DNA of 56,852 nt from Klebsormidium nitens (Eukaryota > Plantae > Klebsormidiophyceae): the NCBI GenBank assembly GCA_000708835.1, contig DF237529.1, positions 1 to 56,852 of the forward strand, in the 5' to 3' direction. Numbering within the stretch: position 1 is the stretch's first letter; each line of letters begins with the position of its first letter. Positions 11,389 to 23,429 of this stretch are shown here, piece by piece. Below the pieces are notes generated by a model. That model searched no databases and was not told the origin of the DNA. It saw only the letters and a list, made by a program, of their open reading frames with translations. Both the position numbers and the translations under genes were made by a program.

Positions 11389-13305
11389 GGGTTGACCTGA
11401 ATCTGCACCAAGTTTATTCACTTTATCCGTGGGCCGTGTAATTGTTGAAATTTGATAATCTTAAAAGCATGGCCTGGGATGGAATATGGCAACCGCCTGG
11501 GAGCTACCCGAGCGGAATGTAGAGTGCTTTGGCGGGTCTCATGTACTGAGGGTGCTTTTTGGGAACGGTTCTGCATAAACGTGTGCAACAGTCAAAAGCA
11601 GGTGGTAGATGGGGGCTCATTGGTCCTTGCAAAGATCGGGTAGGGGGCGAACGACGGCCGAATCACGTACAATAGTCCCGTTAGCTTTTGCTTTTTTCTA
11701 CTTCACTACGCCGAAAGGAGCCGCTGCGCTTGTCGTCTCTATTTTGCATCACCAATCGTGAGGATTTTCGAGTTTGATGGTTCAAGTACAGTGATGATTA
11801 TTTCGAAGGGGCGGGCGTGCAGAAGTCACAACATTAATCTGCTCGTATGCCATGGAATGATCTGGTCCATGTGGCTACGGCGTTTTGAGAAGAGAACGTC
11901 ACTTCCACCTTTTACGAAACATTTTCACCACGTTCAAATGGCGACAGCAGTATGCAACATGCCAAATCGAGGACGATGGGTGGTATAGTCCAATCCACAG
12001 CCAGTTAATTTGCATGCAGTTGAGCTTGAACTCTGATGACCACTGTATTGGTACTCGCGCGGGCTGCCTAAAACGCTGTCGGGCCGTATGCACTCGATAG
12101 GATATCCCCTCGGAAGGTCGAATATTCTTGCTGCAAACAGCTTTGCATACAAGTGAAAAATCCGGCGAACTAGGTACCTTTACATGCTAGCTAGTAATCC
12201 ATGCGGTATCATCCGCTGAGCGTGGCCGCCGCACCTTTTAGTCAGGGCCGGAGCTCATGCAAAAGAAAGTACGTACTTCACGAGCATTCGCGCGACGCCC
12301 CATGCTTGGTGACACATGGTTAAATTGAGCATATTGACCGAGTCGATCGTCAATTTGTAAAGCTGTCTGCATCGATCGGAACTTCGAGGATTTGGCTTTA
12401 CACAGCTGAAATCCCGGCATGTATTGAGTTGCATGGGCATGCGTTGCAGTTCAAATTCCCCAGACGTAACCGGGCATGTACTGCGCGCGTCTCTCTTCCT
12501 CTAGAGTCCAAAGCAAACAAAGCACCCCTGGCAAAACCTGATCGATTCGGGTCTCAGCCCAATATATAGCTAGATATGACCGGTAGTAATTGGCATGCAT
12601 GTAGATCGACCAGGTTTTTCTTCGTTGAGGTTTGCCGCACTGTGTCACAACGGTGACGCCAGATCAGTGATGTTCGGCTTCAACTCTCATGTCTGCGGAC
12701 AACTTGAATTTGACAAAACTTCAGTAGAGACGGTGACGAATTTTGATCAGATTCTTTGCAGGGGCTCTTTCTGTAACAATGCAAAAATGGAAGTCCGACC
12801 AATCGTTGACTTTTGAACAAAGTAATAGACGCGGGCCCAAGGCAGGGGCGGAACGTCAATCTCATTGACCACGGAATTCTCAATCATGCATCAATCAAGG
12901 CACGATGCTTCCCATTGGTCAGATTCAAATACGGGGCCCGGTGACAAGCCTGGCATCCTCAACAACAGCTCAATGATCGATGCATTAGTAGCGCACGGAA
13001 TCCAGAATATGTAATCGGCCGCGGCGCAATTGACAATCAAGTGCACGGCCATATCGGATTCAATGAGGCTCATATCAAAGCTCTGACCACGGCTTTTAAT
13101 TCCTGCTTCGAAATCACCGTGATTTACTGTGCGCTTCAATCCTTGACGTCAAATCAGAAAGGCTGGCTTCCTGCTTTGACCCGAGGCATTCGCAGCGACC
13201 CGCATTCAAGATGCATGCGCTAATTGGGGTCTCGTCAACAACAGACAATTGTGTGCCAGTCAAGGATCAAAGTTGAGAGCGAAACGAAGGCAGTCGGAGC
13301 AATTT

Positions 13306-14148
13306 CTATTTTGGAATGACTAATTCATAAGATGCAACTGGACTCTTGAACATCTGAGCAAGAGCCAAACATACGAAATCAATTAGAGTCGCACCTGCAA
13401 CAGTAACGGAACCTATTTTCCCCCACTTGTCTGAAACGCATCCTGCAATAGAGAAGGCTAGCGCCAATATGTTGATTAAAAAAGCAACCGTGAACAATGG
13501 TTTCCACCGGTATGTCCACCACATGTTCCAGGACCTGCAAACAGAGGCAAAATTTTATGTTGAGTCCGCTGTTTTTGTTCAACTTACTCAACGTGCATGG
13601 ATTCAAGTATCCAAGAGCACCCTGCTTGAGTCTGCCGCTGTTCAGACATGCCCAGACATCTCTGTCCATTCAAGGGCTCATGAGCTGTAATCATATTTTG
13701 CACTGCATGTCTATCAACAGGTTTACCGAAAAACCAAGCAGAGGCCACCAATCACCTCTCTTGGTTGTGTGATTCTACCACAAACCATGGCATTGAATCT
13801 TACTGTCTGTCTAAACATCAAGAATAGCCTAAAATAAGTGTCAACTTGAAATCACAAGAAAGATAACAACCATGCAAACGCTCATAGGGTGTTGACGCAC
13901 CGTGGTTCCGGCTTTGTTACTTGTATGGTCAGCGTGAATTTACCCGCCCTCACTTGTTTCTCATGGGGTATCGCCGTCCCTTTCTTCTGTTTCTTTGCCT
14001 CCTTCCAGGCTTCGCGGTAGCACTGTTTGGCATCTCTGAGGAACTGCTTCTTCGTTCTCAAATGCTTCCAAGGCTCAGGAATGCACTGCTTTAGTACATC
14101 TATGTCAAACTTGCCACCAAAGCAGGGATAAATTCCGGAATCAGCCAT
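13306..14148 (-). CDS. Hypothetical two-exon protein (about 158 aa): basic N-terminus and two C-terminal hydrophobic helices
   Basis: Exon 14148-13901 (MADSG..KPEP, donor cg|gtgcgt, phase 2) joins exon 13534-13306 (ttgcag|G TCC TGG; WWTYRWKPLFTVAFLINILALAFSIAGC..IGSVTVAGATLIDFVCLALAQMF..K*). No family recognised. Confidence 0.5.
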
Positions 14149-15435
14149 GGTGCCGCGCAGTGGACTAAAGAACCAGCTAAAAAGAAATGTGACTCGTGAC
14201 TCTTGCAGGAGCGTCCCCCGAGCGACCCTTGCTTATGCAGCTCAAAAAGAGTGATTGCTACTAAAGGGTCTGTATAAAGCAAATGTTAAAGCAGCTCATG
14301 AAAACCACCTCCAGTACCGCCTCCTGCAACTAGCCGCTCCTTGCCCCCTGCCCGCCCCCTGCTTCCGCCCATAAAAGGCTTGGCCAAACCCCCAATCCTA
14401 ACACATTCCACCATGGCAGGAACTGTGCCGCCAAGGATTCGTTGCTTCATCGAAGGCAGTGGGCACACTCCCTCTTGTGCTTCTATATATAGACGACTAG
14501 GTCCTTGGTAGGAGCTCGTCAGTCATGACCAGCTGGCCATATCCGCCGCCATCGGCCGCCATGAACCCGCCATGAAAAGCCCTTGCAATTGTAGCCATCC
14601 GTTTGTCAGTGCATGTGCAGTCACGTACCTATTGCCCACCTCCACTAGGTACTACGGTAGTGGCGGCCCACCTCGTTGAAAAGGGGCCGCTCACCATGAA
14701 GGCGACACCTGGCGGCCGAGCGCGCTTTCTTTCCACCTTGATTCTGGCCGTTCGATTGAATCTGATTTGCAAATCGACGTACGGTAGGAGCCGGCCGCCA
14801 ACTGAAACGCGGACGCGGCGGCCGGCCCCCAATTACCTATCGCTATTTAGCACCGCATCCTCTTTTCCCGACCGAAGCTTGATAATGTGCTTTGATTTGT
14901 TGTGTTTAACTCACGTTCAAATAACCCCGTCCTGGCCAGGTGCTTTGAGAGACCGGACACATGTACATATATCTATAACACTATAAGTTGTCAACACCTT
15001 CGTATTTAGCGTAGAGTTCAGTGTCCTATGATGTATTTTCAATGTTCAGGTTGGACATTCCAGCTCAGACAGGGCAGAAACGTCTCACAAAACACGTATC
15101 TGGACCCTATAATAGCTTGATCACGTTTCGTAGTTCCTGAAACCAACTTTCATACGCCCGCCCCGAAAGAAAGTCAAAGACGTTGAAAAACGAAACCGGC
15201 TTCCATACCCCTTCAAACGTCAGATTTGGGTTTAGCTCAGAACCGGCCACCATGGCCCCCTCAACTTTTCGGAATACCGGAGTTCAGTGCACCGCTTTGA
15301 ATGTGTTTTGGCACGATGCCCTAGTATCGATAGGCACTCATTCCTTGACATTGAAGTTGGCTTGGCCAACGCATTGCTTGTATGTCGATATTCATGTATT
15401 GTATTGGCTGAATCCCAGCGCATCACAGGCATTAG

Positions 15436-15626
15436 GGTGTGCGTCGACCGAAAAGCTGCAAGAAGCTTTCCAGATTTATGAGCCAATCAGATGGTCCGGT
15501 AGGTCCACATGGGTCGAAAGGTACGTAACAAAGCAGTAGTTCGGCCTGAAAAGTACCGTACCTCCAACATGGCGGTACTACAAAGGCAACACTTGAGGAC
15601 AAGTAGGTTTTCGGTCGACGCACACC
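15436..15626. repeat. Perfect 19-bp inverted repeat flanking 153 bp
   Basis: ggtgtgcgtcgaccgaaaa (15436-15454) and ttttcggtcgacgcacacc (15608-15626). Confidence 0.9.
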
Positions 15627-18600
15627 GCTGAACAAGAGCTGTTTAATAGTAGTGGTATTATGCAGTTGCTTGTTCAGGTGGACACTGGGTGCTCAAGCTT
15701 GATGAAGGCGTTGATGCCATTTAGGTACATCCAGCGCAGCCCATGTGCATTGGCGTCAGGCATCGGCACACAGCGGGCACATAGCATCAAAGTTGGTCTC
15801 AAGTTCCTTCTGAGTTGGTTCTTCAGTTCCATAGCCATAGTTCCAACTTAAGAAAGCAGCTGAGGGGCCTGCCGCAGACGGTGTGCTGCAGTATTTTTTC
15901 ACTTTTCTATACAGTTCATCAAAGTAATGAAGTAAGACTCTGCGCGCCGCTTGAATAGTTTGAATGGGCGACCTACGTAAACAGTTAACAATTACTACAC
16001 GAGTGAACGCATGTATCCTGCACCCGTCTGATTCACGGCTGATATTGCTCCTCGAACTCATTGCGGTGGCAATTATGTAATCCAAGTCCAGACGTCCACT
16101 CATTGCTTCTTCTCTGTTGACGCAATATTGCAAGTTTCGTCACTAAATGCGCCATACACCTTCCTTGTAAACCCTCAATCAGTAGATTAGTCAATATATA
16201 AAACGACCAGCGGCTTTCGTGTGGTGCAAGAAAGCTTCCTATTATTTGACTAATGCCTGCCCGATGCCTGAAATAAGGCGCATGCCGATCGGAAAAAGGC
16301 CGCACACAACGTCTTCTCAAACTTGAAACCATTCATTCGAGTCGCATTTTGGCCCGTTTTCAGTGATATGAAGCGCCGGGCGGCGGCTTGAATAGGCGGG
16401 AGTCTGTGGATTCCGAGCGGCACTTTTAGCCGCCTACAGAGTTTATGGCTAGATACATCTGGGTCCATTGTGCCTACAAAACTCGCGTGTCCTCAAATGA
16501 TCAGATTAAGTCAGTCGCTTCAGCACCCCGACAGATAGACGCCTCTTGTCCATGCATGACACCAAACCCACCCCGACACTTCTTGTACTCTTGGGCACTT
16601 CCTGTCCAGCCGGTCACAAGCAGGCAGTGACCCACTGAGACGTTGCCTTCCAGATTGATTCCAGGGTACTTTGATTGGCCCCGAAGACTCATTCGCCCAA
16701 GCCCTCTCAAGTGCGTCCATTCTTTGAAGCCGCCTGTGCTGCTTTGAGTAGCTACACTCCATCCCGGACGAGCCGCTGCACGGAGGGTGCGGCAGCGGAT
16801 GCACCACCCCCAAGTCAAAGGATTGGCTTTAAGAGGGCGTCTAACCACGCGGTTTCACGGCGGTCCCCTCGAAGCCCCTTCAAAGAATACCTTGTCCTCA
16901 GGCGCCAGGATTTCGATCATGTGCCATACCGAATTTTGAGACCCGAAGTGCAGGCATACGGGCTATTTGGTCGCCGGGGCGTTACGGGTCACACGATGGC
17001 CCCTTGGATAAAAGGCAAAAGGCTTGCATTGACTGCTGAAATGCGAGTGAGAGTTCTTGCAAATTTCGTGCGGCTTTGTCAGACGTCGAATCATCGATTG
17101 CGAGCCCTTTTCACTCAGCAGAGCATTCAAGAGCGAGACTAATTGACTCTGCTGAAGTAGCAAGGCCTCAATGCTTATCATATTCGGCATGGCATGGAGG
17201 TGACTATGCCATTCCTGGTTCCGGCAACTCGCATTTTCACATAGCATCGACTTTTCCTTCTTCACTCGGCTTCATTGTATCACCATGACTTAGTATGCAG
17301 GACCTCCCGAATTGTTCAGGGTGCTGTTAAGTCGTTATCTACTTCGGGATGATCCAAGATGATGTCTTAAAGGTATACCCTGCCGTTTGCATATGCTTTT
17401 CTGTGGTTGCGCGTTTACTGTTGAAGTAAGGAATGCTGAGAACCCCGGGCACTGTCTGCGTTCACCTTCTAAACGCTTACCGTCTATGTCGCCCAACTGT
17501 GTTTGCTTCGATGCTTCAAAGGTTGTTATTCTGAACGTTGACGTTATCCTTCATTGATGACAGGCATATATGGTGGGCGGACCAGCTGTCGAAAGTGCTT
17601 TAATTGTCGCAGGACACAGCGCACAAAACAAGCCGCGAACGGCCCCCAACATCCTGCCCACGTAAGCCGCACTTTCGGTTGACCCTCGAACAATCATTCA
17701 ATAGTGAGTTGGCTGCGGGCCACTTTCAGAAATCGACTTTCCGGTTGGCCAACTCCGGATGCTAAAACTCCTCTGCAAAAAACCCCCGGCGACTCTCGTT
17801 CATTTTCGTCACGTGGGGTTCACCTGGTCAAGGTATAGAGTCAACGGCATTCTGTGACTCCTGTGGACGAGTAGGTGAGTGTCAATCAGTGTGAAAGCCA
17901 GCTGGCTATGACAAAGTGAGGCGGAAGGGTATGCGACATCACAAACGACGTCATCTGCGAGTGCCACAAATGTGTCTCAAAGGCTTTTGCTGCCCACTCG
18001 GACTCGTACCCGTTTTTGCAGAGCCAAGGCAGTAAGGCTGCTTTCTGGACGGCGAATGTCTGAAATCTCATGTAAGTCGGAGCATGATCACTTTATGTGC
18101 GACAAGGGTGCGAAGCTGCTATATAATATCTGGGTGCCGTTTGAGTGATTACCGTACAGCGGCTGTAGAGAAACGACACTAAGTACCATATTGCGAGATC
18201 GCAGGAGCATGCTTAAGAATATCATTTTCACAGACATTCATAACGCAGTCACAACTTTGTTAACTTCCGGGATGCGCAGATCGTAGCCCTTGTTTGTTGC
18301 AGCCTCCTGGCTAGGTACGAGTTTCCGTTCATGCACACTGAACTCAGCTCTTGCGCGCCTACAACGCCACAACACCCGAACCTGCCTCGTATTCTTGTAG
18401 CAAGCTGCACGCATCTTTGAGATCTAGCGACTCAAAGGAGGCTAAAGTCGTTAAGCTGCGACACTTACGAGGGTCAGTGTGCATGCAGCTCGTGTCAAAC
18501 GGCAGCCTCGCATAACCTGATTGAGTATCCAATATTTACAATTGTTCTGTGAAACCAGCCTCAACAAAAAGCCCTCCTGGCTGCAAGCCCTTCATTGAGA

Positions 18601-18662
18601 GTACCCCCAGCCTGATATCCACATACTGTGTAAAGCAATTCCTCGTGCGACCTGTCAATGGT

Positions 18663-21600
18663 TTATACTAAGGCTCTGACTGCTGCGATCTCCTGCTTCA
18701 ACCACTGCGCCTCCCTCTGCGCCTCAATCTTCGACGTCGACCTTTCGAACCCGCCCTCTTCCCCCCGCTTCGACGAAGCAGTGGCATTAGCCCGTATCGA
18801 AGGATGCGCCGACTGAGGTCTGCTCCTGATCTCCACCGTTTTAGCGTTAACCTGCGTCACGGTCGCACGGCGCATTGAGTCTTCAACCCACGCACTGGAC
18901 ACGTGACCTGGAGCCGCTCTTTCAGAATCGGCCGTGACAACGCTAGCGGACCGCACCTGCTCGAGACCCGATTCTACACTGGCGTGACGGGTGCTCGCAA
19001 CGTAAGACGATCCAGACGCCCAACTAGAACTCGCTGGGCGCGCGCTTTGCGGCCGTCCGGTGGATCTAGGCCCAGAGCTCATCTCAGCCGTTGAATCCGC
19101 TGCGCTTCTCGGCCCGATCGACATCGCCTGCGCCCTCAAGTTCTGCACAGCGAGCGCGCGGCTGTCGGTCGCGGCCTGAAACCCTGAACCCCGCGACTTC
19201 TGCGCCCACGCGGCCGCGGACTGCGGCCGCGCGCGTAATCCATTGTGGGGTGGCGTCAGCAGCCGTTCCGTCCCCGGCATCCGACCGGTTTCCGGCTGCA
19301 AGTCCCATACGAGATGATTGCCCGGGCTGCTTGGACCGCCCACGTTAACGAAGTCCTGAAAAAGCGAGATAGGCGCCGGTACTTGCGTTCCGCTTGGAAG
19401 GGTTCCGCTAGCAGGGTTCCCCTCTACGGACGGAACCGCTTCCTGCGGACGCTGCAGCCGTCCAACCTCGCTGAACGCAGCTCCGTTCCGATGGCTCTCG
19501 TCTATTGACACCAGCCCAGGTTCTGCTGGTACCGCCTCGGCCGCGCCGTCTCCTCGTGTCAATCTTTCCGCCCATGCCGTTCCGGTCCCTTCTCTCGCCC
19601 CCGGAACACTCCGATCCTCTGTGCGCGAAGCGAACGTGTTCCCACTCGAACTCGCAGGCCGTGTAGCAAACCCCTTCTCCATCCTCTCCGCCTCTTCTCT
19701 TGCCACAGCTCCTCCGGGCAAGGCTTCTCGTTTCTTCTCTTTCCCGCTATCCAATAAGGAAGGCCCTGCGGACGCCTGAGTTGCAGACCCTGTGCCCAGT
19801 CTAGTCTCAACTTCTTTCGGGGCCCTGTTCGTCACGCTGTTGAACGTCCCAAGTACTGGATGCGCTGACTGGGGCCTGGCGGGCTTTCCAGCGGCGGGGC
19901 CCGAAGTGGGCCCCTCCTTTTTCAGGAAGAGGTGAGGAGCGAAGGACTTTGCGAGGTCCTTATAATCGACGAACCCTGCACGAACATCGGAACGTTATTC
20001 AGCTGACGTTTATACCTGCACCATTGCCCGTCCTGACTTCTATGAGCGGAGGTTTGCTGTCGTGCCAAATTCGCCATTCCGACACGAGGACAATGAAAGA
20101 ATGCTTAAGATTCTGTCGTCAAACCCGCTCCAATGATCGATGAACGTTGCGAGCCCGCGAAACTGAGGTGTAGTCGGTTTACATATCGTATATATCAAAT
20201 GAGAATGCGGCTGAGTAGGCGGCAGAAATGCAGACGCGCCAGAGAGGCAGGGAACGCCCGAAGTTTTTGCTGCTTACCGCTCAGCTGCGTGTCAAATGCC
20301 GCTGCCAGCTTCTGGGCTTCCGCCGGAGTTACCGGAATCCGCAGCTGTGTCAGAGACTGTCCCAGTTCCTCTACCGTCAACTTGCCTGCAAAAGGGTTCA
20401 GAAAGACCACTTCAGAAACCGCATTTCAAGCCCTTTTGTCTTTCAAGCAGGCAGGGGAGTAGAATGGTACCGTTCCTGAAGCATCTATCCGCTTCACAGA
20501 TAAGTTCTTTGATACCGGCACGGAAATTTGCATGGCCCGATCGAGACACCACAAGAGTTTACAGAACTGGTCACTCAATTGTTGTTCGTATTCTGCAAGG
20601 CGTAGAATTTCAAGCCGCAAGCTGCATAGCAGAGCAACAAGCGAAGGTTGTTCAAGTGAGAGTTCAAGAAGCTAGCGACACCGCTTACCACTGCCGCTCC
20701 GGTCCTTCATTCTGAACGCTCCCATGACCTCTTTCGTCGTTTTTTCGCCCATTTGACTCTCGATCCGCCCCCTCAGGTCCGCCGTCAGCACTTCGTTCTG
20801 AAAACTTTCTCTCGTTTGCACCCTTTCCGCGCGCGCGTGAACCTCGGCCTTTCTGATGGATAAGCGGCCGTTGAAGCTGGCGCTCGCGGCTGCCGCGCCG
20901 CGAATGTCGCTCAGGTCGTTGGTCGGGTGGAGCTTCGCGCTCGCCGGTCGCGTTTTGACCGGGGACCGGGCGCCCTGTAGAGAGTCAGGAAAGTCGAACG
21001 CTGAATTTTAAGGTAGAATTGCAGCACGTTGACTGTAGTTCGTCATGTAAGGAAGTTGCTTGTTGCTTGTAGGCTTGAATGTTCAAGGGCTGACTGTAGA
21101 TGTTGATGGCAAAAGGTCGACCGTCCGAAATTCATCAGATACCTGTCATTGACAAGGCGAACAAGGACATTAAAACACGGGAGAAGTGTGTTAGATACGG
21201 TTACAAAACATCCAGAAAAAGGACCAGATGCTGGATAGCGCTTGCAGCCTACTCCCGAGCAGAACGCAGGCGCTCCGATGCTTTCGACGAAGCCCCATTT
21301 TGGTAGCTCATTGATCAAGAAGCGTGCTTTTCTTGTGCCATCTACTTGTCTATCTACAAACAGAGGTCCAGGGCAAACGAAAGCGCACCGGAATGCACGG
21401 CTTCATGCGGCAGAATGCAGAATGATTACCGGAATGTCGTCCGTCCGAATGATGAAATCCTGTTCTTGCAGGTTGCGCCGCTGCCGGAAGAGCTGCTTCG
21501 GCTGGCTGCCCTTGACGGGCGCGTAGATCTCGGCCGTGGACTCGCGCACTTTCCGCTGCACGCGCGCGTTGATGTCGTGCACGTGCAGATTGAAGTCCCG

Positions 21601-23429
21601 GATGTGGCCCGCCTTGCCTGGAAGCATACGCGCACGGACGAGAGCATAAGCGATGGAGATGAGCTTCCAGACGACCGCACTTCAGGATCTTTGTATCTGA
21701 CGTACGAGCGTGAGAAGTCTTCGAGAGAATGTTGGATCGATGATCAAACGAGAAATGGTGAGAAGTTGCGGAGCAAGCAACCCTTTGAGGACAGAGTCGG
21801 ACAGCATGTCAAGGCAGAAAGCTCGCTCAATCTTTGCTTCGCTTCTTTGATCGTGCATATGATTGATTCGCAGGTTCCTGAGAAGAAAGTGACGACAGGT
21901 CATTGCAAATGTACTGGTCAGGCTTTTCTAGCTGTTTATCTTGGATTTTCGAGAGCTCTTACCAAAGTGGGCCCATCGTCGGGGCCTCCATGCCGCCGTC
22001 GATCCTGGTATGTCGTCGATCTTCAAAGGGTCTGTAATCTGCAAAATGCAGTGAAATAATTCTTAATGATTAATAATAATAGCTAATAATTCTTAATAAT
22101 TCTTAATAATTCTTAATACTAAGAATACCGTGGGAGAGATGAAAAGTGAAGAAATAGTCTTGACGAGGGATCCGAGACATGGCAAAATTAGATTAACCGG
22201 TTTCCTTTCTCGATATGGACAACGGAAATACGGACTCGAAACACCGACTGACAGTCTGATCCTTTTGTGTTCGGCATACTGTTGTTTGAGCCTTATTCCG
22301 CCTTCTTTTCAGAAACACAAGAAACGCTTGCAAATGCTTTGTCAGATGGCGAACTCCGTAAAGGGATACGCCGTTGCTCTTGAAGAAGTTTTGGCCGGTC
22401 ATACAACCAACTGAAAGCCGCTCGCGAGTCGAACGCACCCTTCGGACCAGCTTTTTCCGAGGCCTGGCCCCCGCCACGTCCGAAACGTCCAAAGCGTCCT
22501 TTGAGAACCGTGGGACGTCCGGCTCCGGCTCGTCGTACGCCGTGATGACGTAAGCGGGGTCCAATGGGTCGGTGCCACGTGGCTGACGGAACGGCTGCTT
22601 CAGCTTCGGGTGCGCGCCCTCGATGTCGGAGAGGGTCAGGTTGTGGAAGGGCTTGTTCACATGGTCTGACAAGGGCGGGAAACAGTGTGAACGGCGCAGG
22701 TGTGAAAACGGGAGGCTTCAAGGTGGCGGATATGAAGCGTCTGCATGCCAACTATACATAGCTCGTAAGAGTACGGGACTTTTCATTCTGGTATCTTTGC
22801 CGTCTTCATCAACGACTTGCTGACGTAATAGCCCATGAGAAAAACCTGCGCGCACCGAGTGTGCGTAGATTCTGAAATGATGATCTGCTGCACTTTCTAA
22901 GTCAGAATTTGAGGACCGTTGGAACTTATGACGAGCCATCGCAGCATACTGAAGGAATTGTCCAGGCGGGTTCAAGGATTGCGACGTTGGGATTGGGATT
23001 GAAAATCCTATGGAAACAGATGAAGCGGCAAACTTTTGAACGAAGAAACCCCTGCTTTAGGCGTCACTAATCAAGGCGTCATTTTTCTAAGCACTGATCA
23101 GCACTTTTGCTGCTAAACTCTCCAAAGTCGCCACGTCAATGGTTCTCAACTCGTTTCAAATATTTCAATCTCGCTGGACCCGCTCTGTCTGTCCTGGGGT
23201 CCACTCACCTCGAATGTGCTTCTTTGGTCGACTTGCAGCTAACTCCTTTTCGTCCTCAACCTCGTATTCCCAGGGCCCCGATCCAGGACGCCACCGTCCA
23301 TCTGCATACAACGTTTTTACGCATAAAGGCTTTGCAAGGCAGGCGATCAAGCGACTCTCAGTTGCATGCTCAGCGAAGCATATTGTCACCTGCAATCGAC
23401 TGGAAGTCACAATCGTCCTCCAGCTCCAT
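18663..23429 (-). CDS. EF-hand pair protein with N-terminal D[IV]xG[AS] repeats and a long low-complexity RPxS tail, about 776 aa, 8 exons
   Basis: Exons 23429-23390, 23301-23209, 22665-22439, 22038-21963, 21617-21430, 20974-20689, 20385-20278, 19975-18663; GT-AG with consistent phases. EF-hand loops DRSGSGKLTVEE and DTQLSGFVDYKD are each split across exons. Confidence 0.85.
22055..22125. repeat. AT-rich 10-bp minisatellite (taataattct) in an intron
   Basis: Three exact copies at 22084-22113 plus a partial copy at 22055-22067. Confidence 0.9.

Noticed and set aside
12255-13139. TGA recoding (selenocysteine or alternative code)
   Set aside because: TAG stops also interrupt the frame, and neighbouring genes use TGA as a normal stop.
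16560-16660. Papain-like GHxLLVxG motif (VGHCLLVTGW)
   Set aside because: No catalytic Cys or NSW motif nearby; the match is too short.
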